From positions 63,736,001 to 63,800,000 of the forward strand of contig OX597827.1 in the NCBI GenBank assembly GCA_951406725.2: 64,000 nucleotides of DNA, written 5' to 3'. The notes beneath the pieces were generated by a model. That model saw only the letters and a program-made list of their open reading frames with translations. It did no database searches and was not told where the DNA came from. Of the stretch, positions 41,564 through 55,139 are shown piece after piece. Each line of letters opens with the position of its first letter. Position 1 is the stretch's first letter. This stretch comes from Octopus vulgaris. Its lineage: Eukaryota. The translations under genes and the position numbers were made by a program.

Positions 41564-42254
41564 TATATATATATATATATATATATGCATATACATATAT
41601 GTATGCATACATACACATGTACATACATATGGCACACACATCTAAACATGCATAAATATATTCATTATATTATCTAAGGTGGCTAATGTAGATAGGAAAG
41701 GAATGAATATCACAGAATCCCTCTTTCCTCTTCTATATTCCTGAGCTAAGTAAATATCAACATCATCTTCATCACCATCATCATCATCATCGTTTAACGT
41801 CTGTTTTTCATGCTGGCATGGGTTGGATGGTTCGACTGTGGTCTGGCAAGCCAGGGGGCCGCACCAGGCCCCAGTTTGATCGGTCAGTGTTATACAGTTG
41901 GATGCTCTTCTCAATGCCAACCACTCCGAGAGTGTAATGCGTGCTTTTTATGTGCCACTGGCACAGGGGCCAGAGGAGCTAGCATTGACTACAATCGGAT
42001 GGTGCTTTTTACGTGCCACCAGCACAGATGCCCGTAAAAGTGGCACTGGCATCGGCCACGTTCAGAAGGTGCTTTTTACGTGCTATCGGCACTTGATTCA
42101 CAACTACAATCGCTATTTGATTTCATTTTGATGTTTATGTACTTGACTCAATACATCTCCTCAAGCATTGCATGTCGCCCTACGATCCAAGGTACTTTTG
42201 AGTGGGCTGGTTATGCAACACTGGTGTAGGTCACAGCTGTGATCTCACATATTC

Positions 42255-42630
42255 TTTTATTCTCTTACTTGTTTCAGTCATTTGACTGCGGCAACGCTGG
42301 AGCACCACCTTTAGTCGAACAAATCAACTCCAGGATTTATTCTTTGTAAGCCTAGTACTTAATCTATTTGTCTATTTTGCCGAACCGCTAAGTTAAGTGG
42401 ACATAAACACACTAACATCGGTTGTCAAGCGATGTTAGGAGGACAAACACAGGCACACAAGCACATACAGACGCACATGTATACTTGTATATATACATAT
42501 GACGGGCTACTTTCAGTTTCCGTCGACCAAATCCACTGACTATGCTTTGGTCAGCTCAAGGCTATAGTAGAAGACACTTGCTCAAGGTGTCATGCAGTGG
42601 GACTGAACACAGAACCATGTGGTTAGTAAG

Positions 42631-42633
<3 letters not shown>
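42255..42633 (-). mobile_element. SINE family A copy
   Basis: Reverse complement of the family A consensus. Confidence 0.85.
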
Positions 42634-42667
<34 letters not shown>

Positions 42668-42675
42668 CATACATA

Positions 42676-42776
42676 ATTCTTTAACTAGAATAGTATTGAG
42701 AGTGACTTCAAAGTTTCGGACAGCTAAGCTGGTTGAAACCTTGAAGTCACTTTCAATACTGTTCTTCTTAAAGAAT
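42676..42776. repeat. Fold-back made of two inverted hammerhead 3' halves
   Basis: AGTATTGAGAGTGACTTCAAAGTTTC - CAGCTAAGCTG - GAAACCTTGAAGTCACTTTCAATACT. Confidence 0.75.
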
Positions 42777-43289
42777 AATAAACTTGTGCCCTACAAAAGT
42801 ATGGAATAATCCTTCAGATTAATGTAGAATTGTTTTTATAATAACTGAGCTTTAAGACAAGCATTTATATATACACACACACACAGACACGTGTGTGTGT
42901 GTGTGTGTGTAGTATATCTTTAGTGTATAAAGAGATGTGTGACTACTACTTTTAAGTTTATAGCGCCATGTAGATTATCATCACCCAGTCTGCATCCAGT
43001 ATAGTGGTTAAGTTATTACTATACTTAGTACTATTACTTGTTACAATATGCAGGACAAATCTAAGAGAAATTATACAAAACCAAATTGGAGGCAATTACC
43101 AGCATTTTTAACAGGACCACTTAAAAAAGTGTGTATATATCACCACATGAAACCATTGGTAGCTTTGTTAATCCGCAAAAAAAAATTAGATTGATAGATA
43201 GATAGACATACACACACACACATATATATATATGTATGACTATGTGATTTAGTATTAAAGTACTCAATAAAGTAAGACTGTACACATTT

Positions 43290-43598
43290 GGAGGCGCAAT
43301 GGCCCAGTGGTTAGCGCAGCAGACTCGCAGTCAGAGGATCGTGGTTTCAATTCCCACACCAAGCGTTGTGTGTGTTTATTGAGCGAAAACACCTAAAAGC
43401 ACCACGAGGCTCTGGCATGGGGTGGTGGTGACCCCTGTTGTACTCTTTCGCGCTAACTTTCTCTCACTCTTTCTTCCTGTTTTTTGAGTAACGCTGCGAT
43501 GGACTGGCGTCCCGTCCAGCTGGGGGGAACACATACAACTGGGAAACTGGGCCCATGAGCCTGGCTAGGCTTGAAAAGGATGCATAAAAAAGATAAAG
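43290..43598 (+). mobile_element. tRNA-derived SINE family D, TSD CTGTACACATTT
   Basis: Head GGAGGCGCAATGGCCCAGTGGTTAG...GGTTTCAATTCCC; copies at 6518-6800(-), 27698-27993(+), 29632-29945(+). Confidence 0.85.
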
Positions 43599-44103
43599 CT
43601 GTACACATTTATTGTATTGCAAATTTTGCTCTCTGTTACCAGTCTGAGTTTCACAAGTAACCTTGCTGATCAATTCATGTTAAACGATGAAAATTTCAAA
43701 GCTTAAAGTAAAAGCAGAGAACAATTTGCAAACTCTGTGTGTGTGTGTATGATAGAGTAAGTGTATATGTGTGCGTTTGTGTGTCTGTGTCTGTGTGTGT
43801 GTGTGCCTGCATGCATGTTTTTGTGTGTATGTACATGCGTGCCTGCCTCTGTGTGTGCGTGTGTGTGTGTGTATTGATATATGTATATGCTTACACCTTT
43901 AATCTTTTTACGGGTTCCAACCAGTTGGTTATGGCCTTACTGATGACATGCTTACGCACATACACATACAATTGTGTGTATATGTGTATATATGCATGTG
44001 TATCAATGTTTATTTTTATATATTTATTCACATATACATATATGTACATATGTTCATAAATACATACACACACAAATATATATATATACATATACATATA
44101 TAC

Positions 44104-44179
<76 letters not shown>

Positions 44180-45304
44180 TCTATGTGCATTTATTAATGC
44201 CTTAGTGAAATTTTATCTAATTCATGCAATAGTCTAGAAAATGTTTGTACAATTATTTACATATATTTGCATATATTTGCATAGAGTTAATTCAAATAAC
44301 TGGACAGTGTTAGCTTCGGTTCAAATCTGTTACACCCCATTGATTTCAGTTGAACATTAGTGAACGTGGTTTGTTTGTAAACGGTGTTCATGGTTGATGT
44401 AATATATAGTTACAGATGACTGCCCACGTCGTTCTTGTTGTTAATTGTTGTTGTTCTTACTGGCGGCGGCGATGATGGTGGTGGTGGTGGTAGTGGTGGT
44501 GGTGGTGGTAGTGGTGCTGCTGCTGCTGGTTTTAGTCGGTGTTATTTGTTTGTTTGATGGGGGAACAACTTTATGAAACATATATGCATATGTATGGGTA
44601 TGTGTGTATGTATGTGTGTGTATGTATGTGTGTATGTATGTGTGCATTCATATACATACACATATGTACATACATATACATACACAAATGTATACATATA
44701 TATATATACACACACACATGCACGTACAGTTACATAGATAGATATAAGTATATACACATACACACATATATATACATATGTTTGTGTATGTATATATATA
44801 TATATGTATGTATATATATATATATATACACACACATACATAGATATATATATATATATTTGCACATGTGTGTGTGTATATATATATATATATACATGCA
44901 CACATAAGAGCAATGTATATGTAATTATTAATGTTTTCTTGAAATTTATTTATGACTGTTTTTATGTATGTTAACCTCAGCAGGACTTGAACTCAGAACG
45001 TAAAGGTTCGTAACTAAATACTGCAAAGCATTCTTCCAACACTAGGAAAACACTATCAGTCCACCACAACCACCTCAGTAGTACTAATAATTCATTCTAC
45101 TTGGGCACAAGCACTGAAATTTTAAAAGAATCATCTAGTAGACTACATCAACTTCGGTGCTCAACCCTGAAAGCATGAAAGGCAAAGTCGACTTCGGTAG
45201 AATTTGAACTCAGAAGATGAAGCTGCAAGAAATGCAACTAAACCTAAGCATTTTGTCTGGCATGCTAATGATTCTGCCAATTCCCTGCCTTAACATAAAT
45301 GATA

Positions 45305-45709
45305 CTCTCTCTTTTACTTTACTTGTTTCAGTCATTTGACTGCAGCCATGCTGGAGCACCGCCTTTAGTCGAGCAAATCGACCCCAAGACTTATTTTTTG
45401 TAAGCCCAGTATTTATTCTATCGGTCTCTTTTGCCGAACTGCTAAGTGACGGCGACGTAAACACACCAGCATCGGTTGTCAAGCAATGCTAAGGGGACAA
45501 ACACAGACACACAAACATACACACAGATATATATATATACATATATACGACAGGCTTCTTTCAATTTCCGTCTACCAAATCCACTCACAAGGCTTTGTTC
45601 GGCCCAAGGCTATAGTAGAAGACACTTGCCCAACATGCCACGCAGTGGGACTGAACCCGGAACCATGTGGCTGGTAAGCAAGCTACTTTCTACACAGCCA
45701 CTCCTGCGC
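45305..45709 (-). mobile_element. SINE family A copy, full-length
   Basis: Reverse complement of the family A consensus, ends CAGCCACTCCTGCGCC. Confidence 0.85.
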
Positions 45710-45971
45710 CATCACTCCAGATGATGATGATAATGATAATAATCCTTTCTACTAAAGTCACAAGGCCTGACATTTTTGGGGGAGGCACTTAGTTGATTTC
45801 ATTTACCTCAATATACACCTCGTACTTATTTTATTGACTCAAAAAGGGATGAGAGGTGAAGTCAACCTCAGCGGCATTTGAACTCGGAATGTAAATTCCA
45901 AGAAAAATGCCACTAAACTATTTTGTCCAGCATGTTGATTCTGCCAGATCACCACCTTACATAATGATGAT

Positions 45972-46023
<52 letters not shown>

Positions 46024-46114
46024 TAATAATAATGATGATGATAATAATAATAACGGAAAACACTCGGCGAGAAACGGAAGAAAATTTGAAGAAAGAAGGA
46101 ATAATAATAATAAT

Positions 46115-46147
<33 letters not shown>

Positions 46148-46571
46148 GATAATAATAGAGCGAGGTCGTTGCCAGTGCAGCTGGATTGGCTCCTGTGCAG
46201 GTGGCACATAAAAAACACCATTTGAGCATAGCTGTTACCAGTAGTACCGCCTGATTGGCCCTCGTGCCGGTGGCGTGTAAAAGCACCCACTACACTCTCA
46301 GAGTGGTTGGCGTTAGGAAGGACATCCAGCTGTAGAAACTCTGCCAGATCAGATTGGAGCCTGGTGCAGCCATCTGGCTCACCAGTCCTCAGTCAAACCT
46401 CCAACCCATGCCAGTATAGAAATGATTGATTGATTGATTGATTCCAGTTTCAGCGCATGAGCTGTGGCCATGCTGGGGCACCGCATGGATATTAAACGAC
46501 ATTAAACGACATTAAACGAAAGCGGACATTAAACGACAAGGATGATGATGATGATGATAATGATGAATAGT

Positions 46572-46765
46572 AATAGGATGCCCTGATGCAGTACCAGCCA
46601 GTGGCTCACATGGTTTCTGGTCTTAACTGATTGGAAGTCTTATTATGTACCTTGTTTTGTCTTGGTATAAAAGATGGGCTACAGCAAATATTCTGCTCAA
46701 TACCACAGATTTGCTTGTCAGTTGTTTGACTTTAAATAGTTGAACATGCCCCTTAGTGGCCAGCA
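46572..46765. mobile_element. Decayed non-LTR retroelement fragment embedded in (TAA)n
   Basis: Complex sequence flanked by TAA repeats; recalled as a dispersed octopus repeat, family not certain. Confidence 0.35.
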
Positions 46766-46831
46766 CCTTATCTTAATGATAATAATAATAATAAATCTCC
46801 GAACTAGATATAAACAGTAACTGCACGACAA

Positions 46832-47170
46832 TGTGAGGTATACTTTCCATCTCAATATGGCTAACTACTAAAAGTGGGTGTTACTGTAGCTTGTAGCCCC
46901 AGGAGAACATTGTCTCCAGCTGGCTTTAGGCACACTTTCTGTGCTCTTATGGTGATTGCCGTACGCCGACGACAGGTCAATACCTATAAACTGCAATCCG
47001 TGCGTATCACTTAGGTTGACGAGGGAAGGATGACCTCCCTTTGCAAATACCATAAGGGCACAGAAATTGTGCCTAAAACCAGCTGGAGACAATGTTCTCC
47101 TGGGGCTACAAGCTACAGTAACACCCACACTTAGTGGTTAACCATATTGAGATGGCAAGTATACCTCACA
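46832..47170. mobile_element. Fold-back element, ~125-bp near-identical inverted arms with a hammerhead-like spacer (Penelope-type inverted repeat)
   Basis: 46832-46959 is the reverse complement of 47043-47170 with few mismatches. Confidence 0.8.
46961..47003 (+). ncRNA. Hammerhead-like motif (decayed) in a fold-back spacer
   Basis: GTACG-CCGACGA-C-AGGT(CAAT)ACCT-A-TAAAC-TGCA-ATC-CGTGC; 5-bp stem I. Confidence 0.55.
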
Positions 47171-47386
47171 ATAATAATAATCCTTTCTACTAAAGGCATA
47201 AATTTGCAAGGAGGGGACTAGTTGATTACATTAGCCCCAGTGTTTCACTAGTACTTAATTTGTCAACCCCGAAAGGATGAAAGGCATAATTGGCCTGGGT
47301 AAAATTTGAACTCAGAACATAGCAATGGGCAAAATACCACTAAGCATTTCATCCAGAATGCAAACGATTCTGCCAGCTCGTTGCCC

Positions 47387-47417
<31 letters not shown>

Positions 47418-48479
47418 TCCTTCTACTAAAGGCACAAAGTCTGAAACGTTGGGAAAGAGGACTAGTTGATTACATCGACCCCAGTGTTTCACTGGTACTT
47501 AATTTATCGACCCCCCCCCCCAAAGGATGAAAGGCAAAGTTGGCCTTAGCAGAATTTGAACTCAGAATGTAAAGACAGGTGAAATGTCACTTCGTCCAGT
47601 GCGCTAACAGCTCTGCCAGCTCACCACCTTAATAATAATAATAATAATATGAACGAACTAGTGAGTTTAGTTTAATGGCCTACCAATGTATACTATGAGT
47701 TTCTTTGCCCTAGAAGTCGGGAAGACACTCGGCAAGAAATGGAAGCAAATTTGAAAGAAGAAAAACCCATAAATAATAATAATAATAACCTCTGCTATCT
47801 CTTTTTTTATGCTCTTTGACATTTCCATCTTCCTTTTCTTTATTTATTAATGATAGAAGTCCATGCGTTTGTACTGTATGCACACATATTTATATATACA
47901 TATGCACACATATACACTCACACACACATACACACACACACACACAGAGGAAAACGTACACGAACACACACACGACATGATTACATTTAGACTCTCTCTC
48001 ACATACCTACAAACACATGCACAGATGCACATATTTAACACATGCACATGACGAACAAACGATCATGCTGACGCATGGGTGCAGACAGAAATGCACACAG
48101 ACACATGCATGGAGTCATATGCACAAACACACACACACACACACACACACACTTAGAGAAATTCATGCACACATGCACATGCATGCATTCGCATGGTAAT
48201 TGCTTCTCATCTGTTATCACATAGACATTTATCGCGCTTCCTACTCCCTTCAGCATCTTGACACACCGATCTATCTTCCAAGGTTGCAGTGAAAAAAGGT
48301 GGGAAAAGGGTGGGTTGGGTTTCCATTCGGGGTGGGGATGTAGTAGGTGGTGGTGGTGGTGGTGGTTTGGTGTGGGGTGGGGGAGCAGGTGTGATTGTAG
48401 GTGGGCGTCGGTTACAGTTATGGAGGGGGGGCGGTGAGGTTTAGTAAGATTTTCTGTGGCGCTCCTCAAGTCTAAGATA

Positions 48480-49740
48480 AACACACACACACACACACAC
48501 ACATACACACACATACATGACACACACACAAACACATACACACACACACACGCACGCTCACTGACATATACATGCATTCAAACATACACACAAACAAAAC
48601 CAACCATATACATGTACAAACACGTACACACATACATAAATAAACACAAAGATATACATGCACAAACACATACGTACAAGCGCACACACATAAACATGAA
48701 CAAACGCACACACACACACACACACTAACTACAAGCACAAACACACAAGGCACGAACACAATGCACACAAACATACACACATACACACACACACACACAC
48801 AAACATACACACATACACACAAACACACACACAAACACACACACACACACAAACATACACACATACACACAAACATACACACATACACACAAGCATACAC
48901 ACATTCACACAAACATACACACAAACATACACACATACACACAAACATACACACAAACATACACACACACACACACAAACATGCAGACATGCACACAAAC
49001 ATACACATACACACAAACATACACACATACACACAAACATGCACACATACACACATACACACAAACATACACACAAACATACACACATACACACAAACAT
49101 ACACACACACACAAACATACACACATACACACAAACATACACACATACACACAAACATACACACATACACACAAACATACACACAAACATACACATACAC
49201 ACAAACATACACACATACATACACACAAACATACACACATACACACACACACACACACATACACACATACACACAAACATACATACAAACATACACACAT
49301 GCACACAAACATACACACATACACACAAATACACACACACACACAAACATGCACACATACACACAAACATACACACATACACACAAACATACACACATAC
49401 ACACAAACACACACACACACACACACACACAAACATACACACAAGCATACACACATACACACAAACATACACACATACACACATACAGACAAACATACAC
49501 ACACACACATACAAACATGCACAGATACATAATTAGACATACACACACACCAGCAAGCATACACACATGCAAAACGCACAGGAATAAGACATGTACACAC
49601 ACAAGCAAATGAATGTACACACACATACGCAAACATACTCACGAACACACACACACACACACAAACACAAACAAACATGCACAAGTGCATGTACACCACG
49701 CAAACATACACACACATAAACACACTCACAAACGCATTTG
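48480..49740. repeat. (CA)-derived minisatellite (ACACAAACATACAC)n
   Basis: Direct inspection. Confidence 0.9.
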
Positions 49741-49898
49741 CGATCATATACACACGCTATCATGCAACCATACACGAGCATGTAGACATGGTATCTCGTT
49801 AATGCATTGCATACGGACGATTAATAATTAGTATGCATATGCATACTTGTACACACATTCAAGTGCATATATTACTTGTTCTTACTTGTTTTATCTCA

Positions 49899-49960
<62 letters not shown>

Positions 49961-50202
49961 GGAAAACGCACATATATGCACTCACATTCACATCGGGTGC
50001 ATTTCCTCCTGTATAATATACATATATGCATGTATGTATACATACCAACATACATACATACATCTGTGTGTGTGTGTGTGTATATGTATATGTATATATG
50101 TATGTGAGTGTGTCTATATTTATATATATATATATATATAAAACATATATATATACATGTATATATGCTCATATGATCTCTCTCTCTCTCTCTTTCTCCC
50201 TC

Positions 50203-50250
<48 letters not shown>

Positions 50251-50535
50251 CATGCGCATAAATGCATGTGTGCATTTATAAATACATATAGGCGTAGGAA
50301 TGGTTGTGTGCTGAGAAGCTTGCTTTTCAAACACATGGTTCCAGGTTCAGTCCCACTGCATGACACCTTCTGCTATAGACAGTTTTGGTTGTGTTCGACA
50401 AGTGGGGACATTAAACTCTGAGTAAACGTTTTTGTGATGTCTTTGCAGTTTTATTGATAAAGCATATTACTCTACCTCTGGTATTCGAGTACTATTTTTC
50501 CACCTCGTTTCACATTTATGTGCATACTCTGGTAC

Positions 50536-50582
<47 letters not shown>

Positions 50583-52166
50583 TACATGTGTGTGTGTGTG
50601 TGTGTTTATGTATGACAGACTTTGTTGTTGCTTTGGTCATATGTGTGCAGTGTCAAAGTTGAAGACTTCCAGTAACATCCTCCACCTGTCCCTGTCGTGT
50701 CTTTCCTTATCACCACTGGACTCGTGATGAAAGTGTGATGGTGTTGGTATTACTGCTGGTCTCTTGGCTTACTGAACAGCCTGCCCAATGAATATTATTA
50801 TACCAAGCATGGTTTGTATAGATTAAGTCCTGGGATCGATTTCTTTGACTAAACCCCTTTGAAGCAGTGCTCCAGCATAGCCACAGTTAAATGACTGAAC
50901 TGAAACAAGGAAAAGAATAAAAGATACATATATGTGCTGGTGGCACATAAAAAGCACCCTCCGAACGTGGCCAATGCCAGCGCTGCCTCGACTGGCTACT
51001 GTGCCGGTGGCACGTAAAATGCACCATCCAAGCATGGCCGATGCCAGCGCTGCCTTGACTGGCTTCCATGCCGGTGGCACGTTTAAAGCACCAACCGATC
51101 GTGGCCACTGCCAGACTCGCCTGGCACCTGTGCCAGTGGTATGTAAAAAGCACCCTCTACACTCGTGGAGTGGTTGGCGTTAGGAAGGGCATCCAGCTGT
51201 AGAAACACTGCCAGATCAGACTGGAGCCTGGTGCAGCCTCCTGGCTTCCCAGACTCCGGTTGAACTGTCCAACCCGTGCTAGCGCTGAAAACAGACGTTA
51301 AACGATGATGATGATGATATATGTATGTATATTTTGTCCCTCGCATCCTTCAAAGTTGTATTAATCTGGTGCAACAAGTGCCATAAGTCCACTCGTTATC
51401 AAGATGCAAGATCTGTACTGAGTTACCTTCTCTTAGATGAGTAGCTATACAGTTAAAGAGCCTCATCTGCTCTGGATTCATTGGGATGTCCTTGCTTGAC
51501 GCTTCCTGTCTACTAAATTCACTCACATGGCTTTTGTTGGCCTATAGTAGGAAACACTTGCTCAAGGTGAAACGCATTGGGATTGAACCCAGAACCATGT
51601 TGTAAATCAAGATTTTTAACTACACCCTAATATGTCCATATAATGTAGTTCAATGCACTTCTAAAACGACAGGATGGTCACATCTGGAATGGTTCTTCAA
51701 TCAGAATTGATATAGGGCTAAAAGCCAAACATTACACAACCACCATCATCACCACAATCTCCATCACCACAACCACCATCACCACTATCACCATCATTGT
51801 TCTACACTATCCAACTACACCGTAGTTATCACTACAACCTCAGTCGCATCACTGGCTGCAGAAGAAACCTAATGAAGTTTCCAAGATAACTTAAAACATC
51901 AACAGTGATATTGATAATTAAAATGAGAGAGGGATATATAATAGTATTGTGTGGTTTTAAATAATGGTTGTTATGTTTGTGTTCACTGGTGATGTGTTTA
52001 AGGGGGATAAATATATATAAACACACATACAAAGTTTCATTCATATATATATATGTATGTATGTATTGAAAAATAGGATAAAATTTATAATTTTCACCTT
52101 AAAAGGTATTTTAATATGCTGGCCACTGATAAAATTTATTTTTTGCGGAAATTTTATCCTTATATG

Positions 52167-52286
52167 GCTTATGGCCATATCACGTTGAAAGCACCAGTTC
52201 TCGTTTGATCACCGAAGTTAAGCAACATCGAGCCTAGTTAGTACTTAGATGGGTGACTGCTTGGGAAGCCTAGGTGCTGTAAGCAT
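52167..52286 (+). rRNA. Full-length 5S rRNA-like copy, probably a retroposed pseudogene
   Basis: 120 nt GCTTATGGCCATATCACGTTGAAAGCACC...GATCACCGAAGTTAAGCAAC...TTAGTACTTAGATGGGTGACTGCTTGGGAA...GGTGCTGTAAGCAT; ends pair as helix I; CpG-type transitions; no oligo-T terminator follows. Confidence 0.9.
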
Positions 52287-53132
52287 TCCCCACTAAATGG
52301 CGGTGCCCCAGCATGGCCACAGCTCATGAGCTGAAACTAGATAAAATAAAAATAAATAAAAATATCAGAAGTATATACATGGTGTGTGTGTGTGTATCAT
52401 CATCATCATCATCGTGTGTGCATGTGTCTTTGTGTTTGTATCCAATACCCCACACTGCTTGATGTCCAGTGTTAGTTTGTTTACTACCATAACTGAACAG
52501 TTCTATAAAAGAGACTAATGGAATTAGTACCAGACTTGAAGAAATATAAAAACAAGTACTCGGATCAATTTTATTTGCCTAACCCCTTCTTTCTGTGTCA
52601 CTGCATGGCCACAGTTCAAGAACTGAAACAAGCAAGAAGATTTAAGATAAAAAGTGTGAGAAGCTGGCAGAATAAGACAGCGAGCTGGCAGAATCGTTAG
52701 CACACCGGGTGAAATGCGTAGCCGTATTTCGTCTGCCGTTACGTTCGGGGTTCAAATTCTGCCGAGGTCAACTTTGCCTTTCATCCTTTCGGGGTCGATT
52801 AAATAAGTACCAGTTATGCACTGGGGTCATTGTAATCAACTTAACCTCTTTGTCTGTCCTTGTTTGTTCCCCCTGTGTTTAGCCCCCTGTGAGCAATAAA
52901 AGAAATAAAAAAAAAATAAGTGTGAAGAGCAGAGGTGGTGATACCAGCAGCATCTAAGGCCTTGTGGTCATGGTGATGGTGGAAGTGGTGGCAGCAGTGG
53001 CAGTGGCAGTGGTGGTGGTGGTGGTAATAGCCGTGGTGGAAGAGGTGATAGTAGTGGTTGGTTACTTCTATCATTGTTTAACCCTAGGTCAGTCCTAATC
53101 CTGTAGTCTCATTCGGCTAGCTGTGACTGCCT

Positions 53133-53498
53133 TACTCTCTTTTACTCTTTTACTTGTTTCAGTCATTTGACTGCAGCCATGCTGGAGCACCGCCTTTAAT
53201 CGAGCAACTCAACCCCGGGACTTATTCTTTTGTAAGCCTAGTACTTATTCTATCGGTCTCTTTTGCCGAACCGCTAAGTAACGGGAACATAAACACACCA
53301 GCATCGGTTGTCAAGCAATGCTAGGGGGACAAACACAGACACACAAACACACACACTCATATATATATATATATACATATATACAACGGGCTTCTTTCAG
53401 TTTCCGTCTACCAAATCCACTCACAAGGCTTTGGTCGTCCCGAGGCTATAGTAGAAGACACTTTGCCCAAGGTGCCACGCAGTGGGACTGAACCCGGA
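53133..53498 (-). mobile_element. SINE family A copy, 5'-truncated and CpG-rich (young)
   Basis: Near-consensus sequence. Confidence 0.85.
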
Positions 53499-54154
53499 AT
53501 TTTTCTCTTTTCTTCTCACCAGTATTTCGACTGCTATTTCTAGCAAGTGAAGTAACTGCATAATAGCTCTCTGATTGCCAATGGATGGAGCAGGTAGATG
53601 ACAATGATGGTAATGATTGGATAGTGATAGGGGTGGAAGGCAAAGGTGGTGGTAGAGGCAGTGGCGGCGGCAGCAGTGGCAGTGGTGGTGGTGGTGGAAA
53701 TGGCGGCGGCGGCAGTGGTGGTAGTGGTGGTGGTCTTAGCTGTGAGTGGGGTGGAAGTGATGTTAACAGTGGCAAAAGCAGTACTTATAGTCTTAATGCG
53801 GATTCTTTAAACAAATTATATACGTGGGAAGGCATATAATTCATTTAACTTTGTTTTGCTTTGTTTGTTAATATAATCAATTATAATATCGATTAACATT
53901 TCTAACTTAGGGGCAAAAAGCCATAATTTTGTCGGAAAAGAATGGATATATATATATATACACACACCAGCCTATCACCTTATATTTATATTGATATATA
54001 TACATGTTTCTATATATGTATGGATGTGTGTGTATACTTATCTATTTATTTATATATATATATATATACATCTATACACACACACACATATATATATCAT
54101 CATCATCCTCATCATCATCATCGTTATGTGTGTACATGTGTGTTTATATAGATA

Positions 54155-54228
<74 letters not shown>

Positions 54229-54930
54229 TACACATATATTAATTTTTACTTGTTTCAGTCATTAGACTGCAACCATACTTTAGTAACACCTTGAAGGATC
54301 TTAGTCAAAGAAATCAACTCCAGTACTTATGTATTTTATGTCTGGTGCTCATTCTATCAGTTTCTATTCCTGAACTGCTAAGTTAAAGTGACGTAAACAA
54401 ATCAACACCAACACACACACAAACACACTCACGCACATATTTCAAGCTACTATCAGTTTCATGCTGTATAATATAAGCACAATTGTCAGATAAGTTTGTG
54501 AAAGGTACTATGTTTCTAAGCAGACTAAAATATACAACATGGCTGATCAAATTTGAATCACGTGTATATTAAACAGTACTTATCTCTCACTGAATAAAAT
54601 TTCTTTTTCCTTGATCTCACTAGTAACAGAACATACTTACACACACACATACATATAAAAGGTAAAAATTATTAAAAATAATAATTTATACCAGTGGCTA
54701 GAATGCATAAAAAATGTCAGTAGCCATAAATATTGTTATACACACATATATATCATATATATATATATATATATACATTTCGTTTTTGGATTTGGTCTGC
54801 AAGATTCTTTATATGAGTTTGTGTGTTGAAGCATATTCTGTTATGTCTAGGGAGAATCATTTTCTTTTTGTGCCTTATAATGTAACACACTCACTGGTAA
54901 AATTTCCACTTATTTCTTATTTTTATTTTC

Positions 54931-54967
54931 CTAAAATTTTCATTGCGTCTTGCAACCTTTTCAATAG
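54931..54967 (-). ncRNA. Minimal hammerhead ribozyme-like motif, U3-A8 variant
   Basis: CTA-TTGAAAA-G-GTTGC(AAGAC)GCAAT-GAAA-ATT-T-TAG. Confidence 0.6.
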
Positions 54968-55139
54968 TCACTTTTTCATGAGTCTGGAAAAAGGCACACT
55001 CTATAAAACTTTTTTGATCATTGGCCAGGAGGTCTGATGAATAACATATGTTGCTAAGAACAATAATATTCATGTAACCAATGGTAACCAATGGCTATAT
55101 AAATATACATGTATCTTTTAATGCATTTATGTATACATG

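Noticed and set aside
44325-44420. Possible pre-miRNA-like hairpin
   Set aside because: Pairing is short and interrupted; no ~22-bp duplex
48472-49753. ORFs of 260-386 aa (VC/HT-rich)
   Set aside because: Translations of a CA-derived minisatellite, open in several frames at once
55035-55065. CTGATGA-ATAAC(ATAT)GTTGC partial hammerhead
   Set aside because: No GAAA, NUH or stem I' follows; too incomplete to call
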